Assembly: GCA_963795085.1 (NCBI GenBank)
Contig: CAWCFX010000001.1
Location: 128,001-192,000 of the forward strand
Source of the DNA: an uncultured Gemmatimonadales bacterium
GTDB taxonomy: Bacteria; Gemmatimonadota; Gemmatimonadetes; Gemmatimonadales; GWC2-71-9
Direction of reading: 5' to 3'
Length of the DNA stretch: 64,000 nt
Made by a program: the position numbers and the translations under genes. Below are positions 1-9,830 of the stretch, in pieces (the first letter of the stretch is position 1; the number at the start of each line of letters is the position of its first letter). The notes under the pieces were generated by a model, which was given only the letters and a program-made list of their open reading frames with translations, had not been told where the DNA came from and did not search any database.

Positions 1-29
1 GTGCGCACTATGCCCCCCGGATACTGCCC

Positions 30-1004
30 CTATTCCATCGCGAAGTGTCGATGGTAGATGATGTCGAAACTGAACGTCTTGGCTTTGCTCCGGGACTCGA
101 TGTACTCGGCCACCCGGCGGAGACGGTCCGGCAGTTCCAGGATCTTGGCCTGGGCCCGCCGCCCCAGGGCGTTGAGGCCGTTCAGGCCGTCGATCTGCCA
201 GTGCCGGATCTGCTCCTGCACGATGCGCAGGTAGTCCCACGGGCCGTAGATGCCGGACCGGCGAATGACGTCGGCAAACTCCCGGAATCCGGGCATGCTG
301 GCGCCAGGCATGTCGATTCCCGGCAGGATGTGGGAGGCCGACTCCAAGGCCCGGTCCGGGTCCCGCTGAAGAACTTCGTCGAACACGGTGCGGTAAAACG
401 TGTAGTGGCGAGCCTCTTCCTGGGCCACCCGGGAGAGGATCTCGCGCAGGATGGGCTCATACTCCCCGGCCAGCTTGCCGGTTTCGCTGTGGGAGAACTG
501 GGTGGCCCGTTCCTGCACCGTGGTGTAGGCGAAGACCCGGTAGGGGTCGCTGTCCCATCCCGGGTGGAACCCCTGCCGGAGATAGTCGAACTGCAGCCGC
601 TCCAGGCGGGTCTGGTCGAAGATCCGGGTATCGCGGGCATAGTCACGCAGCACCGCCCCGTGGCGATCCTCCTCAGCCGTCCACAGGTTGATCCAATCTC
701 TCCAATGGCTGTCATCTCCGAGGTACACCGCCAGCAGGCGGTGGAAGTGGGGCAGTCCCTCTTCCGTCAGGAGATTGAGCGCCAGGGCGGCCCGGGCGGC
801 ATCGGGTATGCCGGCGGCCCGCTCCCGCAGGGCCTTCAGGTGGTCATCGGGGGATTCCCCGGGGGCCGCTTCCAGCAGCTCCGAAGGGAACCATAGTTCC
901 CGCTTCTGTTCATGGATCTGCATGAGCTCCCGGACCTTGGGCTCCAGGTCCTTGAGCACCTCGATCTTGGAGAAAAGCTGGCGGGCGGCTTCGGTCACGG
1001 TCAT
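30..1004 (-). CDS. Acyl-ACP desaturase (soluble di-iron, ferritin-like; DesA1-like)
   Basis: 324-aa ORF with two ExxH motifs in typical context (WTAEEDRH, AQEEARH), plus LLTEEGLP and QERATQFSH. Confidence 0.9.
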   Translation of the reverse strand: MTVTEAARQLFSKIEVLKDLEPKVRELMQIHEQKRELWFPSELLEAAPGESPDDHLKALRERAAGIPDAARAALALNLLTEEGLPHFHRLLAVYLGDDSHWRDWINLWTAEEDRHGAVLRDYARDTRIFDQTRLERLQFDYLRQGFHPGWDSDPYRVFAYTTVQERATQFSHSETGKLAGEYEPILREILSRVAQEEARHYTFYRTVFDEVLQRDPDRALESASHILPGIDMPGASMPGFREFADVIRRSGIYGPWDYLRIVQEQIRHWQIDGLNGLNALGRRAQAKILELPDRLRRVAEYIESRSKAKTFSFDIIYHRHFAME

Positions 1005-1054
1005 GGATCTAATATAACCCCTCCGGGGGTCAACGGTTCGGGGACCCAGGACAC

Positions 1055-1081
1055 AAAAGCCCGCCGGCGGGCCGGCGGGCT
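1055..1081 (-). terminator. Intrinsic terminator after the GNAT gene
   Basis: Perfect inverted repeat agcccgccggc/gccggcgggct (1058-1081) followed by TTTT on the minus strand. Confidence 0.7.
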
Positions 1082-1107
1082 GGCGATCTGGGGGTACCCG
1101 GCCCGGG

Positions 1108-1554
1108 TCAGTCGTCGCCGGGCTGGTCCAGCCGCTTTTCCATCAAGTACCAGGTACGCTGCCCGATATAGTTATGCCGGGTGAGCACCCGCTCCCATCC
1201 AAAAGCCAGCAGAAAGGCCTCAGACCGCAGGTCGTCGGTCCAGAACTCCGCAATATGGGCGCCGGTTTCCAGGGCCCGTTCCTCGAATGCCTCGAGCAGC
1301 AGGTGGGCATGGCCGTGGTGGCGCTCGTCCGGGGCGACGGCCAGCTCCAGCAACTGGGCAACCCCGCCCTGGAGCGAGTATCGCAGGCCTCCGATCCAGT
1401 CGCCGATCTCGTTGCTCAGGACCAGGTAACGGTCGTCCCGATGCACGTCGAGACCAGTCTCCTCGTCGTGGCGTTCCAGGAGATCCGCGAACCACTCCGC
1501 GAACTCCTCACCTTTTTCCATGTCCCGGATGATGACTTCACTGGTCTCGCGCAT
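1108..1554 (-). CDS. GNAT family N-acetyltransferase
   Basis: Motif A-like LLELAVAPDERHHGHAHLLL. Start moved to ATG 1554 (MRETSEV), downstream of a sigma54-like promoter. Confidence 0.8.
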   Translation of the reverse strand: MRETSEVIIRDMEKGEEFAEWFADLLERHDEETGLDVHRDDRYLVLSNEIGDWIGGLRYSLQGGVAQLLELAVAPDERHHGHAHLLLEAFEERALETGAHIAEFWTDDLRSEAFLLAFGWERVLTRHNYIGQRTWYLMEKRLDQPGDD

Positions 1555-1589
1555 ATGTTTCTCGGGATTGAGTGACAGTCCCCCAAATC

Positions 1590-1605
1590 GCAATCTTGGT
1601 GCCAA
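1590..1605 (-). promoter_or_regulatory. Sigma54 (-24/-12) promoter candidate for the GNAT gene
   Basis: Minus strand reads TTGGCACCAAGATTGC, with GG-N10-GC spacing, about 35 nt before the ATG. Confidence 0.7.
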
Positions 1606-1825
1606 TGGCATGGTAGCATGATCGGCAGCCGGCACCGCGACTTGAGACACCCTCTTCGAGTGCCCTGACTCACCCGGCTTCGTCAAGCTCTTACCCAGTA
1701 ATCACTTGACGCACTTCTGCCGATCAGCCGAGCCGCGGAGTTCCACCGCATATAACGCTTGAAGCCCCTGGAATGTTCACATTACGGGTTTCGTCGGGGG
1801 CCGCCCCGGGGTCCCCGAAGTCCCC

Positions 1826-2095
1826 CTATCTGGTGCGGCACTGCGTGGTAGCCGGTGGGCGGCGGCCACAGGCGATGACGTCATTCATGCCATTCGCCAG
1901 GGGGCCGCAGGCGGTGCTCTGCGCCGAGTGGCGGGCTTCGTCCTCCGATTCGTGCGAGGCAGTGGCGCAGTTGCGGCCCCCGTTGAATTCGACGCACACC
2001 TCGCAGGTCGCCCTCTGGGCCGAGAGCGTGTTGTAGAGCAGCAGGCCGAAGAACCCCGCCACCAGCGCTACGACGAGCAGTTTTTTCCGAGTCAT
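1826..2095 (-). CDS. Small membrane-anchored Cys-rich hypothetical protein
   Basis: 89 aa; basic N-terminus, one TM helix, then 6 Cys including CEVC; co-oriented with the upstream gene run. Confidence 0.7.
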   Translation of the reverse strand: MTRKKLLVVALVAGFFGLLLYNTLSAQRATCEVCVEFNGGRNCATASHESEDEARHSAQSTACGPLANGMNDVIACGRRPPATTQCRTR

Positions 2096-2108
2096 GGCTG
2101 GCCCGAGT

Positions 2109-2819
2109 TCAGTTGCGCAGGTAGCTGATGAGCGGTTGGATCGTGCCGAGGACCCACATGATCACCCCGGCGAGAGCGGCTTTCCCGGAAGGCACCCGGG
2201 CCTTCACCATCAGGCCGATCGCGATGAGCGCGGTGGTCCAGAGGACGAAGAGATCGAGCCGGCTCAGCAGCGCCAGGGTCGCCACGCTGGCGGTTGCATC
2301 GGCGAAGCGGGCCGGGCTGAACGACAGGCTGGCGAACCCGTGGATCTTGTCGTCCGGCAGCAGGGCGGCCTGGAACCCCAGGATGGGCCAGTAGAGCACC
2401 CGCGGGAAATACGAGAACACTCCCACCATCATGGCCGCGCCCAGTTCGAGGGTGGCGCCGATCGCCTTGCCGACCAGCCAGAGGGCCAGGCCCACGATCA
2501 TGGGAACGATGGTGTGGAACAGGATCATGGTGACCGGTCCGAGAAAGGCGAACTTCCCGGACATCTGGGCAGCCTGGTCCCTCTGCTCCTGGGTCAGGTT
2601 CTCCAGCTGGGCGGCCATTGCCCGCTGCCCCTCGTACTCGTAGAGCGGTGCCAGCAGGGAGTAGGTGCCCAGGATGACCAGCGCGGACGCCAGCACGAGC
2701 ACCAGCAGGGGGCCGCCCCACCGGGAACCCCGCCGCTCGAAAACCCGGGCCGGAGCGTAGAAGATCTCGAGGTAGTCTTCCCAGCCTGGGGCGGCCGATT
2801 CCGGGGTGGCTGCGGTCAT
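2109..2819 (-). CDS. Yip1-domain membrane protein
   Basis: IFYAPARVF start motif and about 5 TM helices; ATG 2819 preceded by an AAGGAG RBS. Confidence 0.8.
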   Translation of the reverse strand: MTAATPESAAPGWEDYLEIFYAPARVFERRGSRWGGPLLVLVLASALVILGTYSLLAPLYEYEGQRAMAAQLENLTQEQRDQAAQMSGKFAFLGPVTMILFHTIVPMIVGLALWLVGKAIGATLELGAAMMVGVFSYFPRVLYWPILGFQAALLPDDKIHGFASLSFSPARFADATASVATLALLSRLDLFVLWTTALIAIGLMVKARVPSGKAALAGVIMWVLGTIQPLISYLRN

Positions 2820-2845
2820 CGGATCTCCTTGATTGGGTGGCGGTG

Positions 2846-3175
2846 TCACGATGGAGGAGTCGCGACCGCGTCCTCCACCCATGTCGCGTAGGCCTGGCTG
2901 CAGAACGGCAGGGCTACGGCGATCACTTCGGGTGTCTCGTAGGAGTGCAGCGCCCGAATTCGGGATTCCAGATCGGGAAACCGGGCAGCGGTCGTCTTGA
3001 GGTGGCAGTACCACTCGGCGGCGGATTCGACCCGGGCCTGCCACCGGTAGACACTGGTGATCGGGCCATCGACCTGCGCGCAGGCGGCCAGGCGTTCCTC
3101 GACCAGGGTCCGGCCCAGGTGCTCAGCGGCTTCGCGCGAGTCGGTCGTGGTGGTGACCTGGAGCAGCGTGGTCAT
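2846..3175 (-). CDS. cutA: Divalent-cation tolerance protein CutA
   Basis: LVEERLAACAQ, SVYRWQ and HSYETPEVIA signature motifs; start at ATG 3175. Confidence 0.92.
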   Translation of the reverse strand: MTTLLQVTTTTDSREAAEHLGRTLVEERLAACAQVDGPITSVYRWQARVESAAEWYCHLKTTAARFPDLESRIRALHSYETPEVIAVALPFCSQAYATWVEDAVATPPS

Positions 3176-3198
3176 GCCACTCCGCGGCGCCGGTGTGG

Positions 3199-3561
3199 TC
3201 AGCTGGGGATTCGGGTGTCGGTTCCCCGCTTGCCATCCTCGATGGGAACGATGCCGGCCCGCCATCCGCTCTTGAACTGGACCTGCAGGCGATGGCCCAG
3301 CGTGTCGGCCTCGATGCTCAGGATATCCGGGAACTGGCGGGCGTAGGCGATCGCTACCCGGCTGGGGGTTCCGCGCCCGCTGTTGTAGGGCCGTCCGAAC
3401 TCACGGCCTATGGCCACGGCGATGGCCTGCTCCCGCCCGTACGCGGCGAACTGATCGGCCGGCATCATGCCGTCCTGGTTGCCCAGGTGACTTTCGAGGT
3501 CGTAGTCCCGGCACCCGGCCAGGGCGAGGACGGTCAGGCAGACGAGGGCGCTGCGTTTCAT
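3199..3561 (-). CDS. Hypothetical lipoprotein
   Basis: MKRSALVCLTVLALAG-C lipobox from ATG 3561, with a GAGAAGAG RBS-like sequence upstream. Confidence 0.75.
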   Translation of the reverse strand: MKRSALVCLTVLALAGCRDYDLESHLGNQDGMMPADQFAAYGREQAIAVAIGREFGRPYNSGRGTPSRVAIAYARQFPDILSIEADTLGHRLQVQFKSGWRAGIVPIEDGKRGTDTRIPS

Positions 3562-3684
3562 CGGGCTCTTCTCGCGTAGGTGGCGGACGACCCTCAAAAG
3601 TCGTTCCCCCGGGTATGGTTGTAAAGCCCCGGCAGCGGTAAACTTGGGTCTCATGACACCAGGGCGTTATCTGTTCCACCTCTC

Positions 3685-4437
3685 ATGACCCACCCATGCC
3701 GATCCGCCGCGCTTCGCGGCCTGCTGGGGCTCGCCTTGCTGGCGGGCCTGCAGCCGCTTCCCGCCTCTGCCCAGGACAGCCCTGGAGGCCCGGCCAGAAT
3801 TCAATGGTGGCACGGCTTGATTGCGGTTGGCGGGTACGCCGTGCTCAGCCGGCTGGACGATGGTATTCAGAGTTTCTTCCAGGAGAACCGCTCCCCCACC
3901 TCGGATGATATCGCGGACGTGATCCGGCCGATGGGCCAGCCGGAGGTGTATGCGACGGTGGGGCTCGGCATTCTCGCCTCCGGTGTGCTGGCCGGTGACC
4001 GGGAGGTGCGCCAGGCCGGGGTCAGGATCAGCACCGCGCTGGCCACCACGGGCGTGGTGGTCACCCTCGGCAAGTTTGCGGCGGGCCGCATCCGGCCGTC
4101 GAAGCGCGGCAGCAATGCCGCTGACTTCCGTCCTTTTTCCGGCAATACCTCGGCGCCATCCGGCCACGCGGCGATGGCGTTCGCCCTGGCCGCGTCGCTG
4201 GGCGAGGAGATTCACGACCCGTGGGTGTCGGCCGCGCTCTACACGGCTGCCGCCGGGACGGCCTGGTCCCGGGTCAACGATAACGTCCACTGGCTCAGCG
4301 ACGTGATCGCGGGGGCCACGGTCGGAGTGGTCATCGCCAAGTATATCAACGGCAAAGTGACGGTTTTCGGGGTGAAGCCTCCCCGGCTCCGTCCCGCGCC
4401 CGGCGGCGCCGCGCTGACCTGGAGCGGCTCTTTCTGA
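3685..4437 (+). CDS. PAP2 family phosphatase
   Basis: Motifs KxxxGRxRP, PSGH and SRVxxxxHWxSDV; N-terminal signal peptide. Confidence 0.9.
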   Translation: MTHPCRSAALRGLLGLALLAGLQPLPASAQDSPGGPARIQWWHGLIAVGGYAVLSRLDDGIQSFFQENRSPTSDDIADVIRPMGQPEVYATVGLGILASGVLAGDREVRQAGVRISTALATTGVVVTLGKFAAGRIRPSKRGSNAADFRPFSGNTSAPSGHAAMAFALAASLGEEIHDPWVSAALYTAAAGTAWSRVNDNVHWLSDVIAGATVGVVIAKYINGKVTVFGVKPPRLRPAPGGAALTWSGSF

Positions 4438-4538
4438 GCCTGGTCCATGTGCGGCAGGGCTGGACAGGGCAGGGCTCTTCGCTTAACTAAAGTCGAATCA
4501 TCCGCCAAATCCGCCCGTGGCAAGCTGGCCCCGCCCGC

Positions 4539-5006
4539 TTGCCGGCCAAGGAGCCTCCTTTGGAACGACCCTCGCGCAGCTATACCGGCCTGGCGTCCGG
4601 CGTCGGCAAGGACAAGAACGCGGCACCCCGGCGGAAGCTCCTCATCATTGATGATGACCGGGCGTTCGTGGTGCTCGCCGCCGCCATCCTTCGCGATGCC
4701 GGGTTCAAGGTGCTCGAAGCCTTCGATGCCATGCAGGGGTTCATGTTCGCGCAGCAGGACCCCCCCGCGGTCATCCTGCTCGACATGCAGATGCCGGCCG
4801 GGGGAGGCATGAACCTGCTGCAACGGGTGCAGACCAATCCCCGGCTGAAGGTGGTCCCGATCATCGTGGTCACCGCCAGCACCGACGAAGGAATGGAAGA
4901 GTCGGTCCGCAGCCTGGGGGCGACCGACGTGCTGAGGAAACCGGTGGACCGCGACCGATTGCTGGCGAAAGTCAACCAGGTCCTCAATCCCACCCCGTCG
5001 CCCTGA
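4539..5006 (+). CDS. Single-domain response regulator (receiver)
   Basis: LLIIDDD, LLDMQMP, VTA and KPV receiver motifs; exact start uncertain. Confidence 0.88.
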   Translation: MPAKEPPLERPSRSYTGLASGVGKDKNAAPRRKLLIIDDDRAFVVLAAAILRDAGFKVLEAFDAMQGFMFAQQDPPAVILLDMQMPAGGGMNLLQRVQTNPRLKVVPIIVVTASTDEGMEESVRSLGATDVLRKPVDRDRLLAKVNQVLNPTPSP

Positions 5007-5037
5007 CTTCCCGCCGTACGGCAGGCCCCGCCACACC

Positions 5038-5826
5038 ATGAACTATCGCCTTGCCGCCGGGCTCCTTCTTCTCGCGGCCCCGGCAGCGCCCGGGGCCGCG
5101 CAATCCGCCCCGGAACGGCTGACCGTGTTCGCCGCCAGCTCATTGACCGAGGCGTTTCGGGAAATCGGCCTCGACTTCGAGCGGCGGGAGGGCGCCGTGG
5201 TGCGTTTCAACTTCGCGGGATCGCAGCAGCTCGCCGCGCAGATCGACCTGGGGGGCGGGGCGGACGTCTTCGCCCCCGCCAGCGACCGCTGGACTCGTCC
5301 TCTGGAACGCCGTTCGCTGCTGGACGCGTCCCCCCGCACCTGTGTTCGCAACACGCTGGTCGTCATTCTCCCGGCCGACAACCCCGGCCGCATCCGCGAG
5401 CTTGCCGACCTGGCACACCCCGGTGTGCGGCTGGTGCTGCCGGGCCCCGCCGTACCGGCTGGAGAGTACAGCCGGCGAGCCATTGCGCTGCTCGGGTCCA
5501 CGCCGGGCTGGCCGCCCGATTACGAGCAGCGGGTGCTGGCCAATATCCGGTCCAACGAAGACAACGTGCGGGGCGTGCTGGGAAAGGTGCTGCTGGGCGA
5601 GGCCGATGCCGGCATCGTCTATCGCAGCGACCTGACCTCTCCCTCGGCGGCCCCGCTGGCTTGGCTGGAGTTCCCCCCGGCAGCCCGGGTCATGGCCAGC
5701 TATCCCCTCGCCGCGCTAACCAGCTCGGCGAACCTTACCCTCGCCCGGCGGTTCGTGCATTTCGTGTGTTCTCCGGAGGGCCGGGCCATCCTCGCCCGAC
5801 ATGGCTTCCTCGATGGCGGCCCCTGA
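5038..5826 (+). CDS. modA: Molybdate ABC transporter substrate-binding protein
   Basis: FAASSL, NFAGS, VPAGEY and GEADAGIVY motifs; signal peptide. Confidence 0.92.
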   Translation: MNYRLAAGLLLLAAPAAPGAAQSAPERLTVFAASSLTEAFREIGLDFERREGAVVRFNFAGSQQLAAQIDLGGGADVFAPASDRWTRPLERRSLLDASPRTCVRNTLVVILPADNPGRIRELADLAHPGVRLVLPGPAVPAGEYSRRAIALLGSTPGWPPDYEQRVLANIRSNEDNVRGVLGKVLLGEADAGIVYRSDLTSPSAAPLAWLEFPPAARVMASYPLAALTSSANLTLARRFVHFVCSPEGRAILARHGFLDGGP

Positions 5827-6640
5827 CCGCTCCCGCGGCTCCGCGCTGGCGGCCGTCGCCGCCCGGGTAGGAAGCGCGGCCGCGCTGGCCGCGCTGTTCG
5901 GACTGCTGACACTGCCGCTGCTGGGGTTGGTTCTTCGGGTCCCGCCCGGGAGGCTGCTGTCCCGCTTGCTGGATCCGGCGATCCAGCAGGCGTTCCGGCT
6001 GAGTTTGCTGACCAGCCTCGCCGCGACCACTATCGTCATGGTACTCGGCCTTCCGGCAGCCTACGTCCTGGCCCGCCGGAACTTTCCGGGAAAGCGCGTC
6101 CTGGAAGTGCTGGTCGATCTCCCCATGGTACTCCCGCCCACCGTGGCCGGCCTGGCGCTGCTGCTGGCCTTGGGGAGAAACGGCCTGGCCGGGGACTCGC
6201 TCAGCCTCCTCGGCATCCAGCTGCCCTTCACCACGGCGGGCGTGGTGGTCGCCCAGGCATTCATGGCGGCTCCGTTTTTCATCGGCCCCGCCCGCGCGGG
6301 TTTCGCGGCGGTAGACCAGCGGCTGCTCGATGCGGCGGCGACGCTTCGGGCCGCCGAGACCTTTCGGTTCTTTCGGGTCATGGTGCCGCTGGCCTGGCCT
6401 TCGATCCTGGCTGGCCTGGCGATGAGCTGGGCCCGGGCGCTGGGCGAGTTCGGGGCCACCATCACCTTCGCCGGCAACCTGCCGGGGCTCACCCAGACCA
6501 TGCCGCTGGCCGTGTACGAGGCCATGCAGGTGGACCTCGAGGCCGCGATCGCCATGGCAATCCTGCTCGCCGTGATGTCCCTGAGTCTCCTCCTCTTGCT
6601 CCGGCTGGGGCCGGAACGATTCCGCCATGCTCCGCGCTGA
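5813..6640 (+). CDS. modB: Molybdate ABC transporter permease
   Basis: LPMVLPPTVAG, WARALGEFGAT and TQTMPLAVY motifs; start at 5801 or 5813. Confidence 0.92.
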   Translation: MAAPDRSRGSALAAVAARVGSAAALAALFGLLTLPLLGLVLRVPPGRLLSRLLDPAIQQAFRLSLLTSLAATTIVMVLGLPAAYVLARRNFPGKRVLEVLVDLPMVLPPTVAGLALLLALGRNGLAGDSLSLLGIQLPFTTAGVVVAQAFMAAPFFIGPARAGFAAVDQRLLDAAATLRAAETFRFFRVMVPLAWPSILAGLAMSWARALGEFGATITFAGNLPGLTQTMPLAVYEAMQVDLEAAIAMAILLAVMSLSLLLLLRLGPERFRHAPR

Positions 6641-7697
6641 GCTGGCCTGCCGGCTGGGGAATTTCCAACTGGAGGCGAGCCTGGACGCGCCCGCGGCTTC
6701 CACCCTGGTCCTGGTCGGCGAGAGCGGTGCCGGCAAGACGACGGTGCTCCGCCTGCTGGCGGGACTGGTGAACCCCGACCGGGGTCTGATCAGCGTGGGC
6801 GGCGAGACGTGGTACGGCCCGGATCGCACGCTGGCCGCATGGCGTCGGCCGGTGGGCTATGTCGCCCAGGACTATGCCCTCTTTCCCCACCTTTCGGTGT
6901 TCGACAATGTGGCGTTCGGGCTCCGGGCCATGGGTGTGCGCCGGGCCGAGGTCCGCCTCCGGGTTGGCGCCATCCTTGATCGGTTCTCCCTGGCGGAGTT
7001 CGCGGGCCGGCGGCCCGGCCAGCTTTCCGGGGGACAGCAGCAGCGGGTGGCGCTGGTGCGAGCCCTCGTGCTGGAACCTTCGCTCCTCCTGCTGGACGAG
7101 CCGCTGGCCGCCCTGGACCAGCAGACCCGGCGAGCAGTCCGGCAGGAGCTTCGGGATACTCTCCGCGACCTCCCCTGCGTCACCGTGCTGGTCACCCACA
7201 GCCCGCAGGAAGCGCTGGTGTTCGGCGACCGGGTGACGGTGCTGGAAGAGGGGCGCGGCCACCAGGCCGGGACCCGGGACGACCTGCTGCTCCGGCCGCG
7301 CTCCGCATACGTGGCCGACCTCATGGGCATGAACCTGTTCCAGGGCGAGATCGTCACCCGTACGCCGGCGGGCCTCGCGACCCTGCGCACCGGCGGCGGA
7401 GAAGTGCTGGTCGTCGATCCCGGGGAGGGCCCGGCGGAGTTATTTGCCACCGTCAGTCCGCGGGAGATCACGCTGTCGCTCGAGCACCCGGAAGGAAGCG
7501 CCCAGAATGTCCTGCGGGGGCCGATCCGGGAGATCATCCCGGAGCCGCCCCGGGGCGACCGCCTCCGAGTCGCGCTGGATACCCGGCCGGCGCTGGTGGC
7601 GGAGGTCACCCGCCCGGCCGTCGCCGCGCTGGGCCTGCGGGAGGGGCTCCTGGTGTTCGCGGCGTTCAAGGCGACCGGCGTGGTTCCCTACCGGTAG
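6627..7697 (+). CDS. modC: Molybdate ABC transporter ATPase with C-terminal TOBE domain
   Basis: Walker A GESGAGKT, LSGGQQQR, LLLDEP; TOBE-like tail; follows modAB. Confidence 0.88.
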   Translation: MLRAELACRLGNFQLEASLDAPAASTLVLVGESGAGKTTVLRLLAGLVNPDRGLISVGGETWYGPDRTLAAWRRPVGYVAQDYALFPHLSVFDNVAFGLRAMGVRRAEVRLRVGAILDRFSLAEFAGRRPGQLSGGQQQRVALVRALVLEPSLLLLDEPLAALDQQTRRAVRQELRDTLRDLPCVTVLVTHSPQEALVFGDRVTVLEEGRGHQAGTRDDLLLRPRSAYVADLMGMNLFQGEIVTRTPAGLATLRTGGGEVLVVDPGEGPAELFATVSPREITLSLEHPEGSAQNVLRGPIREIIPEPPRGDRLRVALDTRPALVAEVTRPAVAALGLREGLLVFAAFKATGVVPYR

Positions 7698-7785
7698 CCG
7701 CGCGGGGTTTGCGGTTTTCTGCTCCAATCGTCAATCTTCGAGCGGGCGGTTATCTTGCCCACTCCCTGAACATACCGGTCGTGCC

Positions 7786-9426
7786 ATGAGTGCCATTCCT
7801 TCAATTCCGAGACCCGCGAACGAGCCGGTGCTGACGTATGCCCCGGGCTCCGGGGAGCGCGCCAGCCTCAAGGCCCGCGTCAATGCCATGAGCCGCGATG
7901 TCGTGGATATTCCCTGCATCGTGGGTGGCAGGGAGGTTCGGGATGCCAGGACTTCCGACGTGGTGATTCCGCATTGCCACCGGCATGTGCTGGCGAAGGT
8001 CCACCAGGCGAGCGCCGACACCATCCATGCGGCGATCGAGGCGGCGAACCGGGCGCAGCGGGACTGGGCTCACTGGAAATTCGAAGACCGGGCGGCGGTA
8101 TTTCTCCGGGCGGCGGACCTGCTGGCCGGCCCCTGGCGGGCCACCATCAACGCGGCCACCATGCTGGGGCAGAGCAAGACCGCCCACCAGGCCGAGATCG
8201 ACAGCGCCTGCGAGCTGATTGATTTCCTGCGCTTCAACGTGCATTTCGCGGAGCGAATCTACCGGGAGCAGCCGGAGTCGTCGCCCGGGGTGTGGAACCG
8301 GATGGACCACCGCCCGCTCGAGGGGTTTGTCTACGCCATCACGCCGTTCAACTTCACCGCGATCGGCGGCAACCTGCCGACGGCCCCGGCCCTGCTCGGC
8401 AACGTCGCGGTCTGGAAGCCGGCCGCGACGGCGACCCTCAGCAATTACCTGTTCCTTCGGTTGCTGGAAGAGGCGGGGCTGCCTCCGGGGGTCATCAACT
8501 TCATCCCGGGCAGCGCCGCCCAGGTGAGTGACATCGTCCTGGCCGACCGGACGCTCGCGGGCATTCACTTCACCGGTTCTACCGAGGTCTTCCAGTCGCT
8601 CTGGAAGAAGGTGGCGGACCGGATCGAGCACTATGCCACCTATCCCCGGCTGGTGGGAGAGACCGGCGGCAAGGATTTCGTGCTGGCCCACGCCAGCGCC
8701 GACCCCCAGTCCCTGGCGGTGGCCCTGGTGCGCGGGGCGTTCGAATACCAGGGGCAGAAGTGCAGCGCGGCATCCCGGGCCTATGTGCCGGACAATCTCT
8801 GGCCCGAGGTCCAGGACCGGGTGCTGGAAATGATGTCGGCCATCCGGATGGGCGACGTGGCGGACTTCCGGAACTTCATGGGGGCGGTCATCGACCGGCG
8901 GGCCTTTGACCGGATCAAGGCGTACCTCGACCAGGCCAGGACGGCGCCCGGGGTCAAAGTCCTGGCCGGCGGCAAGGCAGACGACAGCACCGGGTTCTTC
9001 ATCGAGCCCACCTTGCTCCAGGCGGACGACCCGATGTACCGGACCATGTGCGAGGAAATCTTCGGACCGGTGCTGACGCTGCACGTGTACCCGTCCGGCA
9101 AGTGGACGGAGACCCTGGCCCTGGTGGATCGCACCAGTCCCTACAGCCTGACCGGGGCGGTCTTCGCGCGGGACCGGAACGCCATTCTGCAAGCGGACCG
9201 GGAACTGCGGAACGCCGCCGGCAACTTCTACATCAACGACAAGCCGACCGGCGCGGTGGTGGGGCAGCAGCCGTTCGGCGGTGCCCGCGCCAGCGGCACC
9301 AACGACAAGGCCGGATCGATCCTCAACCTGGTGCGGTGGATCTCGCCCCGCACCATCAAGGAAACCTTCGTGCCCCCGGCGGATTACCGCTACCCGTTCA
9401 TGGAGGACGACGAGGGCGGGATCTGA
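7786..9426 (+). CDS. pruA: L-glutamate gamma-semialdehyde (P5C) dehydrogenase
   Basis: NEPV, QAEIDSACELIDF, GETGGK, GQKCSA and SGTNDKAG motifs; start at ATG 7786. Confidence 0.95.
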   Translation: MSAIPSIPRPANEPVLTYAPGSGERASLKARVNAMSRDVVDIPCIVGGREVRDARTSDVVIPHCHRHVLAKVHQASADTIHAAIEAANRAQRDWAHWKFEDRAAVFLRAADLLAGPWRATINAATMLGQSKTAHQAEIDSACELIDFLRFNVHFAERIYREQPESSPGVWNRMDHRPLEGFVYAITPFNFTAIGGNLPTAPALLGNVAVWKPAATATLSNYLFLRLLEEAGLPPGVINFIPGSAAQVSDIVLADRTLAGIHFTGSTEVFQSLWKKVADRIEHYATYPRLVGETGGKDFVLAHASADPQSLAVALVRGAFEYQGQKCSAASRAYVPDNLWPEVQDRVLEMMSAIRMGDVADFRNFMGAVIDRRAFDRIKAYLDQARTAPGVKVLAGGKADDSTGFFIEPTLLQADDPMYRTMCEEIFGPVLTLHVYPSGKWTETLALVDRTSPYSLTGAVFARDRNAILQADRELRNAAGNFYINDKPTGAVVGQQPFGGARASGTNDKAGSILNLVRWISPRTIKETFVPPADYRYPFMEDDEGGI

Positions 9427-9455
9427 CTCCCGCCGGTTCCCGACCTCGATAGCCC

Positions 9456-9830
9456 ATGGATATTCTCGTCCCGACCGACAAGCCCCATGTACCCCATCCC
9501 ACCGGGATGATTAGCGTGGTGCGTACCCTCGCCGTCTTCGGGTGGGTGGGGTACGTGCTCTTTTTCGCCATGGTGTTTTCGGAAGGAAATGTCAGTTTCC
9601 CCCACCTGCAGCGCACCCTGCAACTGGTCGGGGTGAGCTTCGCCGGGTTTCTTCTCACCTGGCGGTTTCAGCGGGTGGGCGGGCTGGTGCTGCTTGCCGG
9701 GATGGTGGTCGCGCTGGCGCTCACCCCGAGCCAGCTCAGAGAGTGGCGGCTCTGGTTCTATGCCCTGGAAGCCTACATGGCCGTGACCGGAATCCTCTTC
9801 ATCGTGGCCCCCAGGAAACCGGCAGCGTGA
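9456..9830 (+). CDS. Hypothetical 4-TM membrane protein
   Basis: 124 aa with four hydrophobic segments; fills the gap between co-oriented genes. Confidence 0.65.
   Translation: MDILVPTDKPHVPHPTGMISVVRTLAVFGWVGYVLFFAMVFSEGNVSFPHLQRTLQLVGVSFAGFLLTWRFQRVGGLVLLAGMVVALALTPSQLREWRLWFYALEAYMAVTGILFIVAPRKPAA

Noticed and set aside
1712..1825. 6S RNA or other ncRNA in the intergenic gap
   Set aside because: I could not build a long closing stem or recognise conserved motifs by eye; an Rfam scan would settle it.
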